NCBI GenBank assembly: GCA_905187655.1
Contig: CAJJIV010000002.1
Span: forward strand, 1 to 41,064
Length of the DNA: 41,064 nt
Direction: 5' to 3'
Origin: an uncultured Eubacteriales bacterium
Lineage (GTDB): Bacteria; Bacillota; Clostridia; Christensenellales; UBA1242
Part shown: positions 27,291 through 37,000 of the stretch, piece after piece
Layout of the letters: each line of letters opens with the position of its first letter
Position numbering within the stretch: the first letter of the stretch is position 1
Made by a program: the position numbers and the translations under genes
Notes under the pieces: generated by a model
Seen by the model: only the letters and a program-made list of their open reading frames with translations
Database searches by the model: none
Told to the model about the DNA's origin: nothing

Positions 27291-27341
27291 ATAAAATGGT
27301 TAAATTGTTATTAAAAAGTATTAAAAAGTAGTAGAAAACTA

Positions 27342-27368
27342 TTGACAAATATTAATTTATGTTATAAT
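27342..27368 (+). promoter_or_regulatory. putative promoter of rplJL
   Basis: TTGACA (27342-27347), short 15-nt spacer, extended -10 TGtTATAAT (27363-27368). Confidence 0.5.
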
Positions 27369-27374
27369 ATTATT

Positions 27375-27513
27375 TGCGTAAAAATAATATAGATGATGTG
27401 TGCCAAAGACGGCAAGTAGAGAATTTTCTTGTAAATCTTGTCTAGGAACAGAATAAAGAATAATAGCAATATGTTCTTCAGATGTTCGTTTGGGCATCTG
27501 AAGTTTTATTTTT
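27375..27513 (+). promoter_or_regulatory. ribosomal protein L10 leader (autoregulatory attenuator)
   Basis: A roughly 160-nt structured 5' UTR upstream of rplJ. It ends in an intrinsic terminator, CTTCAGATG / CATCTGAAG (27476-27484 / 27495-27503) plus TTTTATTTTT, about 20 nt before the rplJ SD. This is the arrangement known for Firmicutes L10 leaders. Confidence 0.65.
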
Positions 27514-27534
27514 AACAACTTTAGGAGGGTAAAA

Positions 27535-28029
27535 ATGTCTGCAAACAGAGAAATTAAAGACAAAGTTGTTGAAGAGATTAAAAGCCGTGTTCAAAATGCA
27601 AAATCAGTTGTTCTAGTAGACTACAAGGGCTTAACTGTTGCACAAGACACCGAACTTAGAAACAAATTCCGTGCTAGTGGTTGTGAGTATAAAGTTTATA
27701 AAAACCGTTTGCTTAAAATCGCTTTTGACGAACTTGGAATTAAGTTTGACTCTAAACACTACGATGGGCCAACAGCACTTGCTACAAGTACCAATGATGT
27801 TGTTGCTCCTGCCAAAATCACCCAAGATGGCGAGACTAACTATAAAGTTATGAAAGCTAAATGTGGATATATTGAAGGCAAAGTTATGGAATATGATGAA
27901 ATTAAAAGAATTGCATCTATTCCAAGCAAAGATGTACTTGTTGCACAATTACTTGGTATGTTACTAAATCCAATTCGTTCGCTTGCTGTTGTTTTGGATC
28001 AGGCTGCTAAGAAAAACGAAACAAAATAA
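27535..28029 (+). CDS. rplJ: 50S ribosomal protein L10
   Basis: 164 aa; canonical L10 sequence, upstream of rplL. Confidence 0.95.
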   Translation: MSANREIKDKVVEEIKSRVQNAKSVVLVDYKGLTVAQDTELRNKFRASGCEYKVYKNRLLKIAFDELGIKFDSKHYDGPTALATSTNDVVAPAKITQDGETNYKVMKAKCGYIEGKVMEYDEIKRIASIPSKDVLVAQLLGMLLNPIRSLAVVLDQAAKKNETK

Positions 28030-28083
28030 TTAGTTAAAATAAGCAAGAAAAACAAAAAAATAAAAATTAAGGAGATTATAAAA

Positions 28084-28455
28084 ATGGCTGATATTAAGAA
28101 AATATTAGACGAAATTAAAGAGTTAACCGTTGTTGAATTAAACGAGTTAGTTAAATCATTAGAAGGTGAATTTGGTGTTAGCGCTGCTGCTATGGCAGTT
28201 GCTGCTCCTGCTGGTGCTGCTGCAGCTCCTGCTGAAGAAGAAAAGAGTGAATTTACAGTTGTACTTAAGGAAGTTGGTCCTAACAAGATTGCTGTTATTA
28301 AGGTTGTAAGAGAAATTACTGGTCTTGGCCTTGGTGAAGCTAAAGCTGTTGTTGACAATGCTCCAAGCACAATTAAAGAAAATGTTGCTAAAGAATCTGC
28401 AAACGAAATGGTTGCTAAGTTTAAAGAAGCAGGCGCAACTGTTGAATTAAAGTAG
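28084..28455 (+). CDS. rplL: 50S ribosomal protein L7/L12
   Basis: 123 aa. Ala-rich hinge and C-terminal domain [19 protein letters not shown]...[12 protein letters not shown]. Confidence 0.97.
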   Translation: MADIKKILDEIKELTVVELNELVKSLEGEFGVSAAAMAVAAPAGAAAAPAEEEKSEFTVVLKEVGPNKIAVIKVVREITGLGLGEAKAVVDNAPSTIKENVAKESANEMVAKFKEAGATVELK

Positions 28456-28567
28456 TTTTGTTGGTTACAATGGGGTCGCCCATTTTTCCATATTTACAAA
28501 AGATAAAATTTTTGTTTACTTAAGATAATGAAGTAAACTACTAAAGACAAAACCTATACACTAAAGA

Positions 28568-28604
28568 TAAAGCCCTTGTGATTATCACAAGGGCTGTTTT
28601 GTTT
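28568..28604. terminator. bidirectional terminator between rplL and the convergent DUF1540 gene
   Basis: Stem AGCCCTTGTGA / TCACAAGGGCT (28571-28581 / 28585-28595) with flanking A-rich and T-rich tracts. Confidence 0.8.
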
Positions 28605-28634
28605 GTATGATTTGGAAAATAAATAATATTTATT

Positions 28635-28928
28635 TTATTTTGGCAAAAAGGTGCTACATTCTATGGTATTATTATCAGGTTGAACACTTATGCCGTTGGC
28701 TTTGCATTTGCCTTGTTTATTAAACAGGCAGTTTGCTCGGCACAGCACTTCTACACTTGGTCTAACTAGTGGCTGAACTATTTCATCACTATATTCGGTT
28801 TTGTTCTCATCTTTGCTTTTAGTAAAAGTTTTGCATTCTGCATTTGAGCCTACCATTATGCACCTAGCATAACAATTGCAATTGCTGTTGTGTTCGCATT
28901 TACCACATTTACATTTTAAGTCTACCAT
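28635..28928 (-). CDS. DUF1540 domain-containing protein (Cys-rich, two repeats)
   Basis: 97 aa. Two Cys-rich modules (CKCGKCEHNSNCNCYARCIMV...CKTF and CRANCLFNKQGKCKANGISV...CSTF) typical of DUF1540. AAAGGAGA SD. Confidence 0.7.
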   Translation of the reverse strand: MVDLKCKCGKCEHNSNCNCYARCIMVGSNAECKTFTKSKDENKTEYSDEIVQPLVRPSVEVLCRANCLFNKQGKCKANGISVQPDNNTIECSTFLPK

Positions 28929-28997
28929 TTGTTAATTCTCCTTTTTGTTTGTCTTAATCTATTTTTTCCAACACAAGTGAATTGTATTCAAAGTTAG

Positions 28998-29027
28998 TTG
29001 ACATTATTTTGTCTTATTTGGTACAAT
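28998..29027 (+). promoter_or_regulatory. putative sigma-A promoter of rplI
   Basis: TTGACA (28998-29003), 18-nt spacer, TGgTACAAT (29022-29027). Confidence 0.55.
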
Positions 29028-29056
29028 TAATATAGGAAAGAAATTTGGAGTAAATT

Positions 29057-29494
29057 ATGAAAGTTATTTTAACAAAAACAGTAAAAAATGTTGGTAAGGC
29101 AGGCGATGTTGTTAATGTTTCTGATGGCTACGCTCGAAATTTTTTGTTAAAACAGAATATGGCAATTGAGGCAACCAGCACTAACTTAAATGCAAATACA
29201 ATGCAAAAAAAAGCTGAACAAAAGGCAAAAGATGAAGCACTTGAACAGGCTAAAGTGATTGCAAAGGAACTTAAGGGTAAAGAAGTGTATGTTAAAGCGG
29301 TAACTGGGAAAAGTGGCCAGTTATTTGGCTCTATAACTAATAAAGAAATTGCAGATGAATTATCTAAACTTGGTTATACCATAGATAAAAAGAAAATTGT
29401 GTTAGCTAGTCCTATTAAGTCGCTTGGCAGGTTTAATGTTGCTATTAAACTATACGCCGAAGTAACTACAACAATTGTTGTAATAGTTGAATAA
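29057..29494 (+). CDS. rplI: 50S ribosomal protein L9
   Basis: [30 protein letters not shown] is a canonical L9 N-terminus; 145 aa. Confidence 0.95.
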   Translation: MKVILTKTVKNVGKAGDVVNVSDGYARNFLLKQNMAIEATSTNLNANTMQKKAEQKAKDEALEQAKVIAKELKGKEVYVKAVTGKSGQLFGSITNKEIADELSKLGYTIDKKKIVLASPIKSLGRFNVAIKLYAEVTTTIVVIVE

Positions 29495-29500
29495 ATTAAT

Positions 29501-29528
29501 AAAAGGCTAGGGCTTCCTAGTCTTTTTT
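29501..29528 (+). terminator. rho-independent terminator after rplI
   Basis: Stem GGCTAGG / CCTAGTC (one G-U pair) with a 4-nt loop, followed by T6. The SD of the next gene follows immediately. Confidence 0.6.
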
Positions 29529-29538
29529 AAGGAGTAGT

Positions 29539-30657
29539 ATGGAAATTGTTGATGTTTTAAAGTTTTTTGGTGTAAGTGGGGTACAATCTTATAAATTATT
29601 TGGTAGTGGAAATATTAATACTACATATTTGGTTACAGCAAAAGACAAAAGATATTTGTTGCAGAAAATGAATCGTACGGCGATCCCAGATATTTATGGG
29701 GCACTTAACAATATCAAAATTGTAACTAGCCACTTATCGAGAAAGGGCGAGCGGACACTTGAACTTGTTAAAACGGTTAATGGGGAGCATAGCTTTGAAG
29801 ATAGTGATGGTTATGTTTGGAGAATGTACCCATTTATTGAAAATTCAATTTCTTATGACCTTACTAATGACCCTAAAAAAATTAAGGAAATTGCTTTTGC
29901 CTTTGGCAAGTTTGATAGTGGGCTAAGGGATCTTGACCCATCTAAGCTTGTTGTTTCTGACCCATTGTTTCATAATACTCGCGATAAATATGAATTGCTG
30001 GAATCTGCTATTCAAGAAGATAGTGTTGGCAGAGTAAAATCTGCAGAAAAGACAATTACTTATTGTCGTAGTCTTATTAGTAAAGCGTTAAGTATGGGAA
30101 TAGATTTGTTTGCTGTTGTTAAGGCAAAGGAAAAGGGCGAGTTGCCAATAAGGGTAGTTCATAATGATACTAAATTGAACAATTGCTTATTGAGCAAAAC
30201 AACTGGCAAATATTTAGCTGTTATTGATCTTGACACTTGTATGCCAAGTACAATTTTAAATGATTATGGCGATGGTGTGAGAGCAAATACAAATGCAACA
30301 ATTGAAGAAGAAAAAGACCTAAAGAAAGTTAAGATAGACCTAAAGAAATTTGAAGCTTTTACAACTGGTTTTTTAGATGGGTTTGGTGCGGTAAATTTAA
30401 CTGAGACTGAAAAGAAATTGCTTTTAACTAGTTGTATTGCTATAACTTTTGAACTTGGCACAAGATTTTTACGAGATTATTTAGAAGGTGACCGTTTTTT
30501 TAGGATTAGATCTGATGATTCGAAGTTTAACTTGCAACGTGCAAATGTACAATTTAAACTTATGGATGATATGTTAAATCACCAGAGCGAAATGGATAAA
30601 ATTATAAGAAATAGTTTGCAAGTTTGTGATTATAGCACAAATAGTTCATTAATTTAG
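29539..30657 (+). CDS. APH-fold phosphotransferase, N-acetylhexosamine 1-kinase (NahK/MdsC)-like
   Basis: 372 aa. Catalytic loop VVHNDTKLNNCLL and metal-binding VIDLDT. N-terminal nucleotide-binding region (GSGNINTTYLV...YLLQKMN). Confidence 0.6.
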   Translation: MEIVDVLKFFGVSGVQSYKLFGSGNINTTYLVTAKDKRYLLQKMNRTAIPDIYGALNNIKIVTSHLSRKGERTLELVKTVNGEHSFEDSDGYVWRMYPFIENSISYDLTNDPKKIKEIAFAFGKFDSGLRDLDPSKLVVSDPLFHNTRDKYELLESAIQEDSVGRVKSAEKTITYCRSLISKALSMGIDLFAVVKAKEKGELPIRVVHNDTKLNNCLLSKTTGKYLAVIDLDTCMPSTILNDYGDGVRANTNATIEEEKDLKKVKIDLKKFEAFTTGFLDGFGAVNLTETEKKLLLTSCIAITFELGTRFLRDYLEGDRFFRIRSDDSKFNLQRANVQFKLMDDMLNHQSEMDKIIRNSLQVCDYSTNSSLI

Positions 30658-30664
30658 GATTTTA

Positions 30665-30693
30665 TTGAAAATTTTACTCTGCTGTGTTATTAT
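30665..30693 (+). promoter_or_regulatory. putative promoter of addBA
   Basis: TTGAAA (30665-30670), 17-nt spacer, TGtTATTAT (30688-30693). Confidence 0.45.
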
Positions 30694-30726
30694 ACAAATA
30701 AATAATATTATTATTTCGAGCAAAAG

Positions 30727-33700
30727 ATGAGAATTTTTAAGGCAGATAACAATAAAGATATTATTGATGCAATACTAGCAGAGGTTGCCGGCAAGGTAAC
30801 AGACCATAATTGTAGTATTGTCCTTTTGGTGCCTGAAAAATTGTCGCTTTCAATTGAAAGAGAACTTTTGTTTCGTTCTCCAGTTAAGGCCATTACTAAT
30901 GTTTCGGTAATTACCCCATCTAGGCTTCTGCATAAATTAATTAATTCTGATAGTAATTACATACCAAAGGAAGCGGGTGTTATGATTATCAAAAAGTTAA
31001 TTTTAGATAATTATGACAAGTTGGTTTGCTTTAAAAAAACAGCAAAAACAATGGGCTTTGCCCAAAATATTTACGATACAATTAGCCAATTAAAAAACAG
31101 CAGGGTTACGCCCGAAGATTATTATGAACGAGTACAAAACGTTGGCACTTCGCTTAAAATTAAATTGCAAGATATATTTTTGCTTTATAGTGAATATGAA
31201 AAGTTTATTAGTCAAAAAAGTTTGATTGATGCATCAGACCGGTTTGACTTATTGGCATCTTTAATTTTAACCAGTCCACAAATTAAAAAGAGTGATTTTT
31301 ATTGCTTTGGTTTTGATAATATGTCTAATTCTGGCATGCAGGTATTTAAGAATATTTGTAAAACGGCAAAGTCAGTTACCTTTGGCTGTGTGGATTTTTA
31401 TGGAAAAAATAATAGTTATATTTATAAACCGGAGATGCTAGAAAATGTTAATAAACTGGCGGAAGAACTTTTAATTTTCCCAACAGAAATTATGTTAAAT
31501 TCTAACAAAAATAGTGTTATGTCACACATAAGAGATAACCTATATGCTTATCCTTATTCAAAGAAAAAGATTACAAGTGAAGTAAATTTGCTTGAATGTA
31601 AAACAATTGAAGATGAAGTTAAGTTTGTTGCCGAAAGAATTAGGAGAAGAGTAATTGAAGATAAAGTTAGGCATGCTGATCTTGCGGTAATTTGTTCAAA
31701 TTTAAATTCTTATGCTGGTACTATAAGAACCATTTTTGCCGATTATGAAATTCCTATTTTTATTGATGAACAAGAAAAATTTTCTTCGCACCCTTTGGTA
31801 AGGTTTTTTGTGAGTTTGTTTGGGTGTTATCGAAGGAATTTTGCTAGTGATGAGTTTATTGCATTATTTAAAAATTATTTTTGTGGACTAGAAGTTTCTG
31901 TGCAAAATGAATTGGAAAATTATATTAATAAATACGGAATAAATTATGATAAATTTAAAAGTCCATTTGATTACGGCAAAGAAGACAAAGAAGGGAATCC
32001 ACTGGATAGTTATAAAATTGTTGAAACTGCAAGAATTGAAATTGTTGGAAAACTTTTAAATGTTTTTGATAAATTTAACGATGCAAAATGTTGTAGTGAC
32101 CAAATAAAGGCAACCAAAAGCATTTTTGAAGAGTTTTTAATTGATGATAAAATTTCGACTTTTTCAGCCAAATTAGCAACCACAAAAGAATATGTAAATT
32201 ATGAATTGACGAAACAGATTAAAGGTAAGTTCTTAAATTTGTTAGATATGATGGAAGATTGTCTTGGAACAACCAAACTTACTTTTGATGAGTTCTATTC
32301 AATATTTATGTCTGGTATTGAAGCAAATAAGGTAAGTTTAATTCCTACAACAATAGACAATTGCTTTGTTGGTGATTTTTCAACTAGTAAATTATACAGT
32401 TATAAAGATATTTATGTGCTTGGTGCAACAGAAGGAAGTTTTCCTGTTACAATGGATGATTGTGGCATCATTCTTGACAAGGAAATTGCAACATTGTCCG
32501 ATAGTTTAAATAAAAAAATAGAGCCAACAATAAGAACTATTAATCAGAGAGAACGATATAAAGTAATTAGTTGTTTAGAGTCTTTTACTGAACATCTTGT
32601 TATTACCTACTCTAAAGTAAATGCAAACGGAGAAGAAACAAATCCAAGTTCTACTTTGTTAGATATTGCAAAGATTTTTTATGATAAAGACATAAATTCT
32701 GGCTTAGAGATTGTTCCGATTGAAAGGGTTAATCGCATAAAAACGCTTTATAGTGAAAAGGATAGGCAAAATGCATATGCATATGAGTTTGCAACAAAGA
32801 AAGTCGCTGAACATAAGTTGATGCAATTTTTAAGGGAATATAAAAAGAACAAAATATCGGCAAACTCTTTTGATGCAATTAATTCGCTTTTTGCAACTTT
32901 AAAAGAAGAAAATAAAAATTTTGAACCCAAAATAATTTCTTATGCCAACACAAGGCAAGATAAATTGTTAAATTCAAAACAGTTAATGTTTACAAACTCT
33001 AAAACAAGCATTTCGCAGTTAGAGTGCTATTTCTTGTGTCCGTTTAAGTTCTTTGCTGATTACGGCCTAAGAATTAAAGAGAAAGAAGAAAGCAACTTAA
33101 AATCGGTGGATTTTGGAAATTGTTTGCACAAAATTGCCGAGTTGTACATTAAAAATATAGATAAGTATGAATCCGGCAAAAGCATTGTTGAAAAGAAAAA
33201 AAGGTATCAAAAACTTATTGATTATGTTTTTGAGCAAGAAAAAATTAAGGTTGCAACAAACAAACACATTGTTTTGTTGCTTAAGAAGGAGGCAGAAAGG
33301 CTTATTCAAGCATTAAATTACCAATATCAATTATCTAATTTCAAACCTAAATATGAAGAGCTTGTTTTTGGTGAAAATGGTGATATTAGTGGTGTTGACC
33401 TTGGCAAAGGAATTATGCTTGAAGGTAAAATTGACCGAGTTGATGTCCTTGGTGATTGCTTTAGGGTAGTTGATTACAAAACAGGCAAAATCGACCTTAG
33501 AGCAAATAATATTTATTACGGCAATAAAATTCAGTTATTTATGTATCTTAATGCTCTTGCAACTAAAAACTTTAAGCCAGTTGGTAGTTTTTATTTTCCA
33601 ATTAAAGATATTTTTAGTGATGAAGAAAATGGGGCAATATCTACTTATACAATGGAAGGTTACTATGTTGATGATATAGTAGTTGCCAAAAATATGGACA

Positions 33701-34059
33701 CTTCACTTTCACTGGAGAACCCTGTTAGCAATTGTATAAAGGCGGTTGTTAAGCAAGATAAAAAAGCAAGTGAGACTAACGACCAGATTTTAAAGCAACA
33801 ATCTTTTACTATGTCAGATATAACACTAGGGAAGATAATGGAATATTGCCTTAATATTTCCAAAAATGCGGTAGAAGAAATTTTGGCAGGAAACATTGCA
33901 CCAACACCTCTTAAAATAAATGATGGCCTTGTATGTGATTATTGTAAATATAAAAATGTGTGTCGAAGAAATCAGCAAGACCCAATGTCGGTGCGTGTTG
34001 CGAAGCGAGGGATTGGTTTTGAGAACTTTGTTCAAACTGATGCACTCGGCAAGGAGTAA
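30727..34059 (+). CDS. addB: helicase-exonuclease AddAB, subunit AddB/RexB
   Basis: 1110 aa. C-terminal PD-(D/E)XK nuclease (EGKIDRVD...VVDYKTGK). Fe-S cysteines (C in ISQLECYFLCP plus CDYCKYKNVC). Directly upstream of addA. Confidence 0.9.
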   Translation: MRIFKADNNKDIIDAILAEVAGKVTDHNCSIVLLVPEKLSLSIERELLFRSPVKAITNVSVITPSRLLHKLINSDSNYIPKEAGVMIIKKLILDNYDKLVCFKKTAKTMGFAQNIYDTISQLKNSRVTPEDYYERVQNVGTSLKIKLQDIFLLYSEYEKFISQKSLIDASDRFDLLASLILTSPQIKKSDFYCFGFDNMSNSGMQVFKNICKTAKSVTFGCVDFYGKNNSYIYKPEMLENVNKLAEELLIFPTEIMLNSNKNSVMSHIRDNLYAYPYSKKKITSEVNLLECKTIEDEVKFVAERIRRRVIEDKVRHADLAVICSNLNSYAGTIRTIFADYEIPIFIDEQEKFSSHPLVRFFVSLFGCYRRNFASDEFIALFKNYFCGLEVSVQNELENYINKYGINYDKFKSPFDYGKEDKEGNPLDSYKIVETARIEIVGKLLNVFDKFNDAKCCSDQIKATKSIFEEFLIDDKISTFSAKLATTKEYVNYELTKQIKGKFLNLLDMMEDCLGTTKLTFDEFYSIFMSGIEANKVSLIPTTIDNCFVGDFSTSKLYSYKDIYVLGATEGSFPVTMDDCGIILDKEIATLSDSLNKKIEPTIRTINQRERYKVISCLESFTEHLVITYSKVNANGEETNPSSTLLDIAKIFYDKDINSGLEIVPIERVNRIKTLYSEKDRQNAYAYEFATKKVAEHKLMQFLREYKKNKISANSFDAINSLFATLKEENKNFEPKIISYANTRQDKLLNSKQLMFTNSKTSISQLECYFLCPFKFFADYGLRIKEKEESNLKSVDFGNCLHKIAELYIKNIDKYESGKSIVEKKKRYQKLIDYVFEQEKIKVATNKHIVLLLKKEAERLIQALNYQYQLSNFKPKYEELVFGENGDISGVDLGKGIMLEGKIDRVDVLGDCFRVVDYKTGKIDLRANNIYYGNKIQLFMYLNALATKNFKPVGSFYFPIKDIFSDEENGAISTYTMEGYYVDDIVVAKNMDTSLSLENPVSNCIKAVVKQDKKASETNDQILKQQSFTMSDITLGKIMEYCLNISKNAVEEILAGNIAPTPLKINDGLVCDYCKYKNVCRRNQQDPMSVRVAKRGIGFENFVQTDALGKE

Positions 34060-34066
34060 TAAATAA

Positions 34067-37000
34067 ATGGCAGAAAAAAGTACATCGCAAAAAAAAGAAA
34101 AGAAGTTAAGCATTGAACAGCAAAAATGCTTAGATGAACGAAATAAAAATCTTTTAGTATCGGCATCTGCTGGAAGTGGCAAAACTTTTATTATGATTGA
34201 ACGCATAAAAAACCTTATAATTAACAAAGAGGCTAGCGTTTTAGATTTACTTGTTGTTACATTTACAAAAGCATCTGCATTAGAAATGAAGGCTAGACTT
34301 GTGGCTGGGCTAGAAAAATTACCGGAAAAAGACGATTATATTAAACAACAACTTTTTGATGTTAACATTGCCAACATATGCACCTTGCATAGTTTTTGTG
34401 CACGTCTTTTAAAAACCTATTTTTATGAAGTTGGTCTTGACCCTTCTTTTATAATGATTGATGAAATTGAAGGAAGACAACTAAAAGAAAAGGCTTTAAC
34501 CAAACTTATTGATAATGCTTTTATGCGACAAGATGAAAAATTTTTTACGCTTTATGAAATGTTTTCTTCTAATCGTAAAGAAGATAATTTTAGGGAACTT
34601 ATTATCTCTTTTTATGAGTATGCCTTAAATATGGTGGATTTTGACAGGTGGTTTGAAGAAAAAATTACCAGCGCATATGATTTAGATTTAAAGAAAAATA
34701 TTTGTGCAAATTTTATTAATAGCACGATGATTGAAGAGTTTACATGGTTAAAACAAAGGGCAGATGAATTGTTGGAGCAATTTAATAACGATAAAGAAGA
34801 AAAACTAATTGCTTACCTTAACACATTGTATGTAAATTTGCTTAAAATTAAAGAGAATAACGACTTTGAACAAAATCGAAAAAATTCTATTATGTTTGAA
34901 CCAATTGTTCAGCTTAGAGTTAAATGTGAAAAAGAAGAGAACAAGGAGCTTTTAAAAGAGTTCAGAGATAGTGTGGCAAGTGCGATAAAAAAGGCAGAAA
35001 CGCTATATTTTGTTTCTAATGACAAGTTTATGGATAGGGTTTCTGTTGTTAAAGACCAAATTATTGCTCTTAAATCATATGTGGATGAATTTGCTGACAT
35101 TTATGGTGAATTAAAACGAGAGAAAGTTGCACTTGACTATTCCGACCTTGAAAGATTTACCTTGCAATTACTTAGCAACAGTGAAATTCAACAAGTAATT
35201 AAAGAACGATTTAAGTATGTTTTTGTAGACGAATATCAGGACATTAACGAGGTTCAAGAGGCAATTTTGCAAGCGGTTTCTGGGGCGGATAATTTGTTTA
35301 TGGTTGGAGATGTTAAACAAAGCATATACAGATTCCGCGGATCAGAACCTCAGATATTTGTTGATAAATACAATAGATTTAAGACTAATGCTGACCAACA
35401 AAATATGGCATTAGACTTAAACTGCAATTTTAGAAGCAATAAAGACATTCTAGATTTTTGCAACGAAGTATTTGCTCGGTCTATGACAAGTGATTTTGGT
35501 GGGGTTGATTACGCTAAAAATTCTATGCTTGTTAAGGGCGGAGATAATGTGTTATCGGTGGCGACAAGGGAAGACCCTGTTGTTAGCATTAATTTGATAG
35601 AAACAGTGCAGTCTAGGACACAATTGGAGGAGTTTTTAGAACCATATAGTGTAAAAAAACACAAAAATGAAGATGAAGAAGTTTTAAAACGGGCTTCAGT
35701 TGAAGGTAATATTTTAGCACAAAAGATTAACGAACTTGTAAAAAAAGATGTTTATATTGAAAAAGATGGAGAGAAACGCAAACTAGGGTACAATGATATA
35801 ACGGTGTTAACAATTAGCCGTGGTGAATATCTTGAAGTTGTTTTAAAAGAACTTACAAAGCAAGGTATTCCATATTCATCAGATATTAAGCAAGATATTT
35901 TTGATGAATATAATATGAATGTTTTGAAAAGTTTATTAGAACTTATTGAAAATAGATATAACGATATTGCTTTGCTTGCGGTGCTTGGCTCTGATGTATT
36001 TACTTTTAGTTTAAATGACCTTGCCATAATAAGAAAAAACGACAAAACATCTAAATTTTTTTATCAAGCATTTGAAAATAGTTTAAATAACGAGGGTGTA
36101 CCATCTTTAATAAGAGATAAAGTTTTTGATTTTATTAACACAATTAACAAGTTTAACTTTATAAGCAAGTTTACACCAGTAGATGAATTAATTAAAAGAG
36201 TAATAAAAGAAACAAAATTTAAAGAAGTTGTGTTACAGCAAGAAAATGGTGATGTTGTTATGTCTAACATAACTAAACTATTAAACTTTTTAAATGGTAA
36301 AAATTATAATGAGTCTTTAACAAAGTTTTTAGAAACACTTAAAGAAAATCCAATTTGTTTTGAAGAAGATTCTTTTGATAATGGTGTAAAAATTACTACT
36401 ATACATCAAAGTAAGGGACTTGAATATCCCGTTGTTATGCTTATTGGTGCTGGCAGGCAACTATTAAACAGCAAAGACAGAAGCGAACTGCTGTTTTCTA
36501 GAAAACTTGGGCCGGCAATTCCTTATTTCAATTTAGAAGAACATGTAAAGTCTTGTACTTTAAATTCGCTTGCGATTTCAAATGAAAATGAAAGTGATGA
36601 ACTTAAAGAAAAATTAAGATTATTGTATGTTGCCCTTACAAGAGCTGTTAATTATTTGTTCATATTTGGAAGAGTGGGGCAGTCTACAAAGTTAGTGAAT
36701 CACAAACGTGCAAAGACTTTTTTAGATTGGATAATGCCAGTTGTGCAAGCTAAGCAGAATGGAGGAATGTTAACTTTTTCTAATTTTGAAGTGAATTATT
36801 TTAGTGCTGATGATACTATTGATTTGGCAGATGATAAAGAAGAAAAGAACTATAAGTTTGGTGTTGGTGATGAGAATTTTAAGTCTACCATTTCTAAGGT
36901 GCTAAATTATGAATATCCTTATAAAAAATCTACCGAAATGCCGGTTAAAACTTCGGTAAGCGAACTTATTAAAGAAGATGAAGAACAATCTTTTATTCCC

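Noticed and set aside
27357-27563. 68-aa minus-strand ORF in the rplJ upstream region.
   Set aside because: The region is better explained as the rplJ promoter plus the structured L10 leader and attenuator, and the ORF has no SD.
27999-28370. 123-aa minus-strand ORF opposite rplL. Similar antisense ORFs lie opposite rplA (26066..26359, 26242..26556), rplJ (27631..27948), rplK (25786..26007), nusG (25166..25402) and secE (24638..24901).
   Set aside because: They lie antisense to unmistakable ribosomal and core genes and are artefacts of the Ala-rich or biased sense frames.
28483-28536. Tiny ORFs in long spacers: the 17-aa MGSPIFPYLQKIKFLFT after rplL, and a 23-aa hydrophobic ORF at about 24267-24338.
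   Set aside because: They have no SD and no supporting context, and short ORFs like these are expected by chance in AT-rich spacers.
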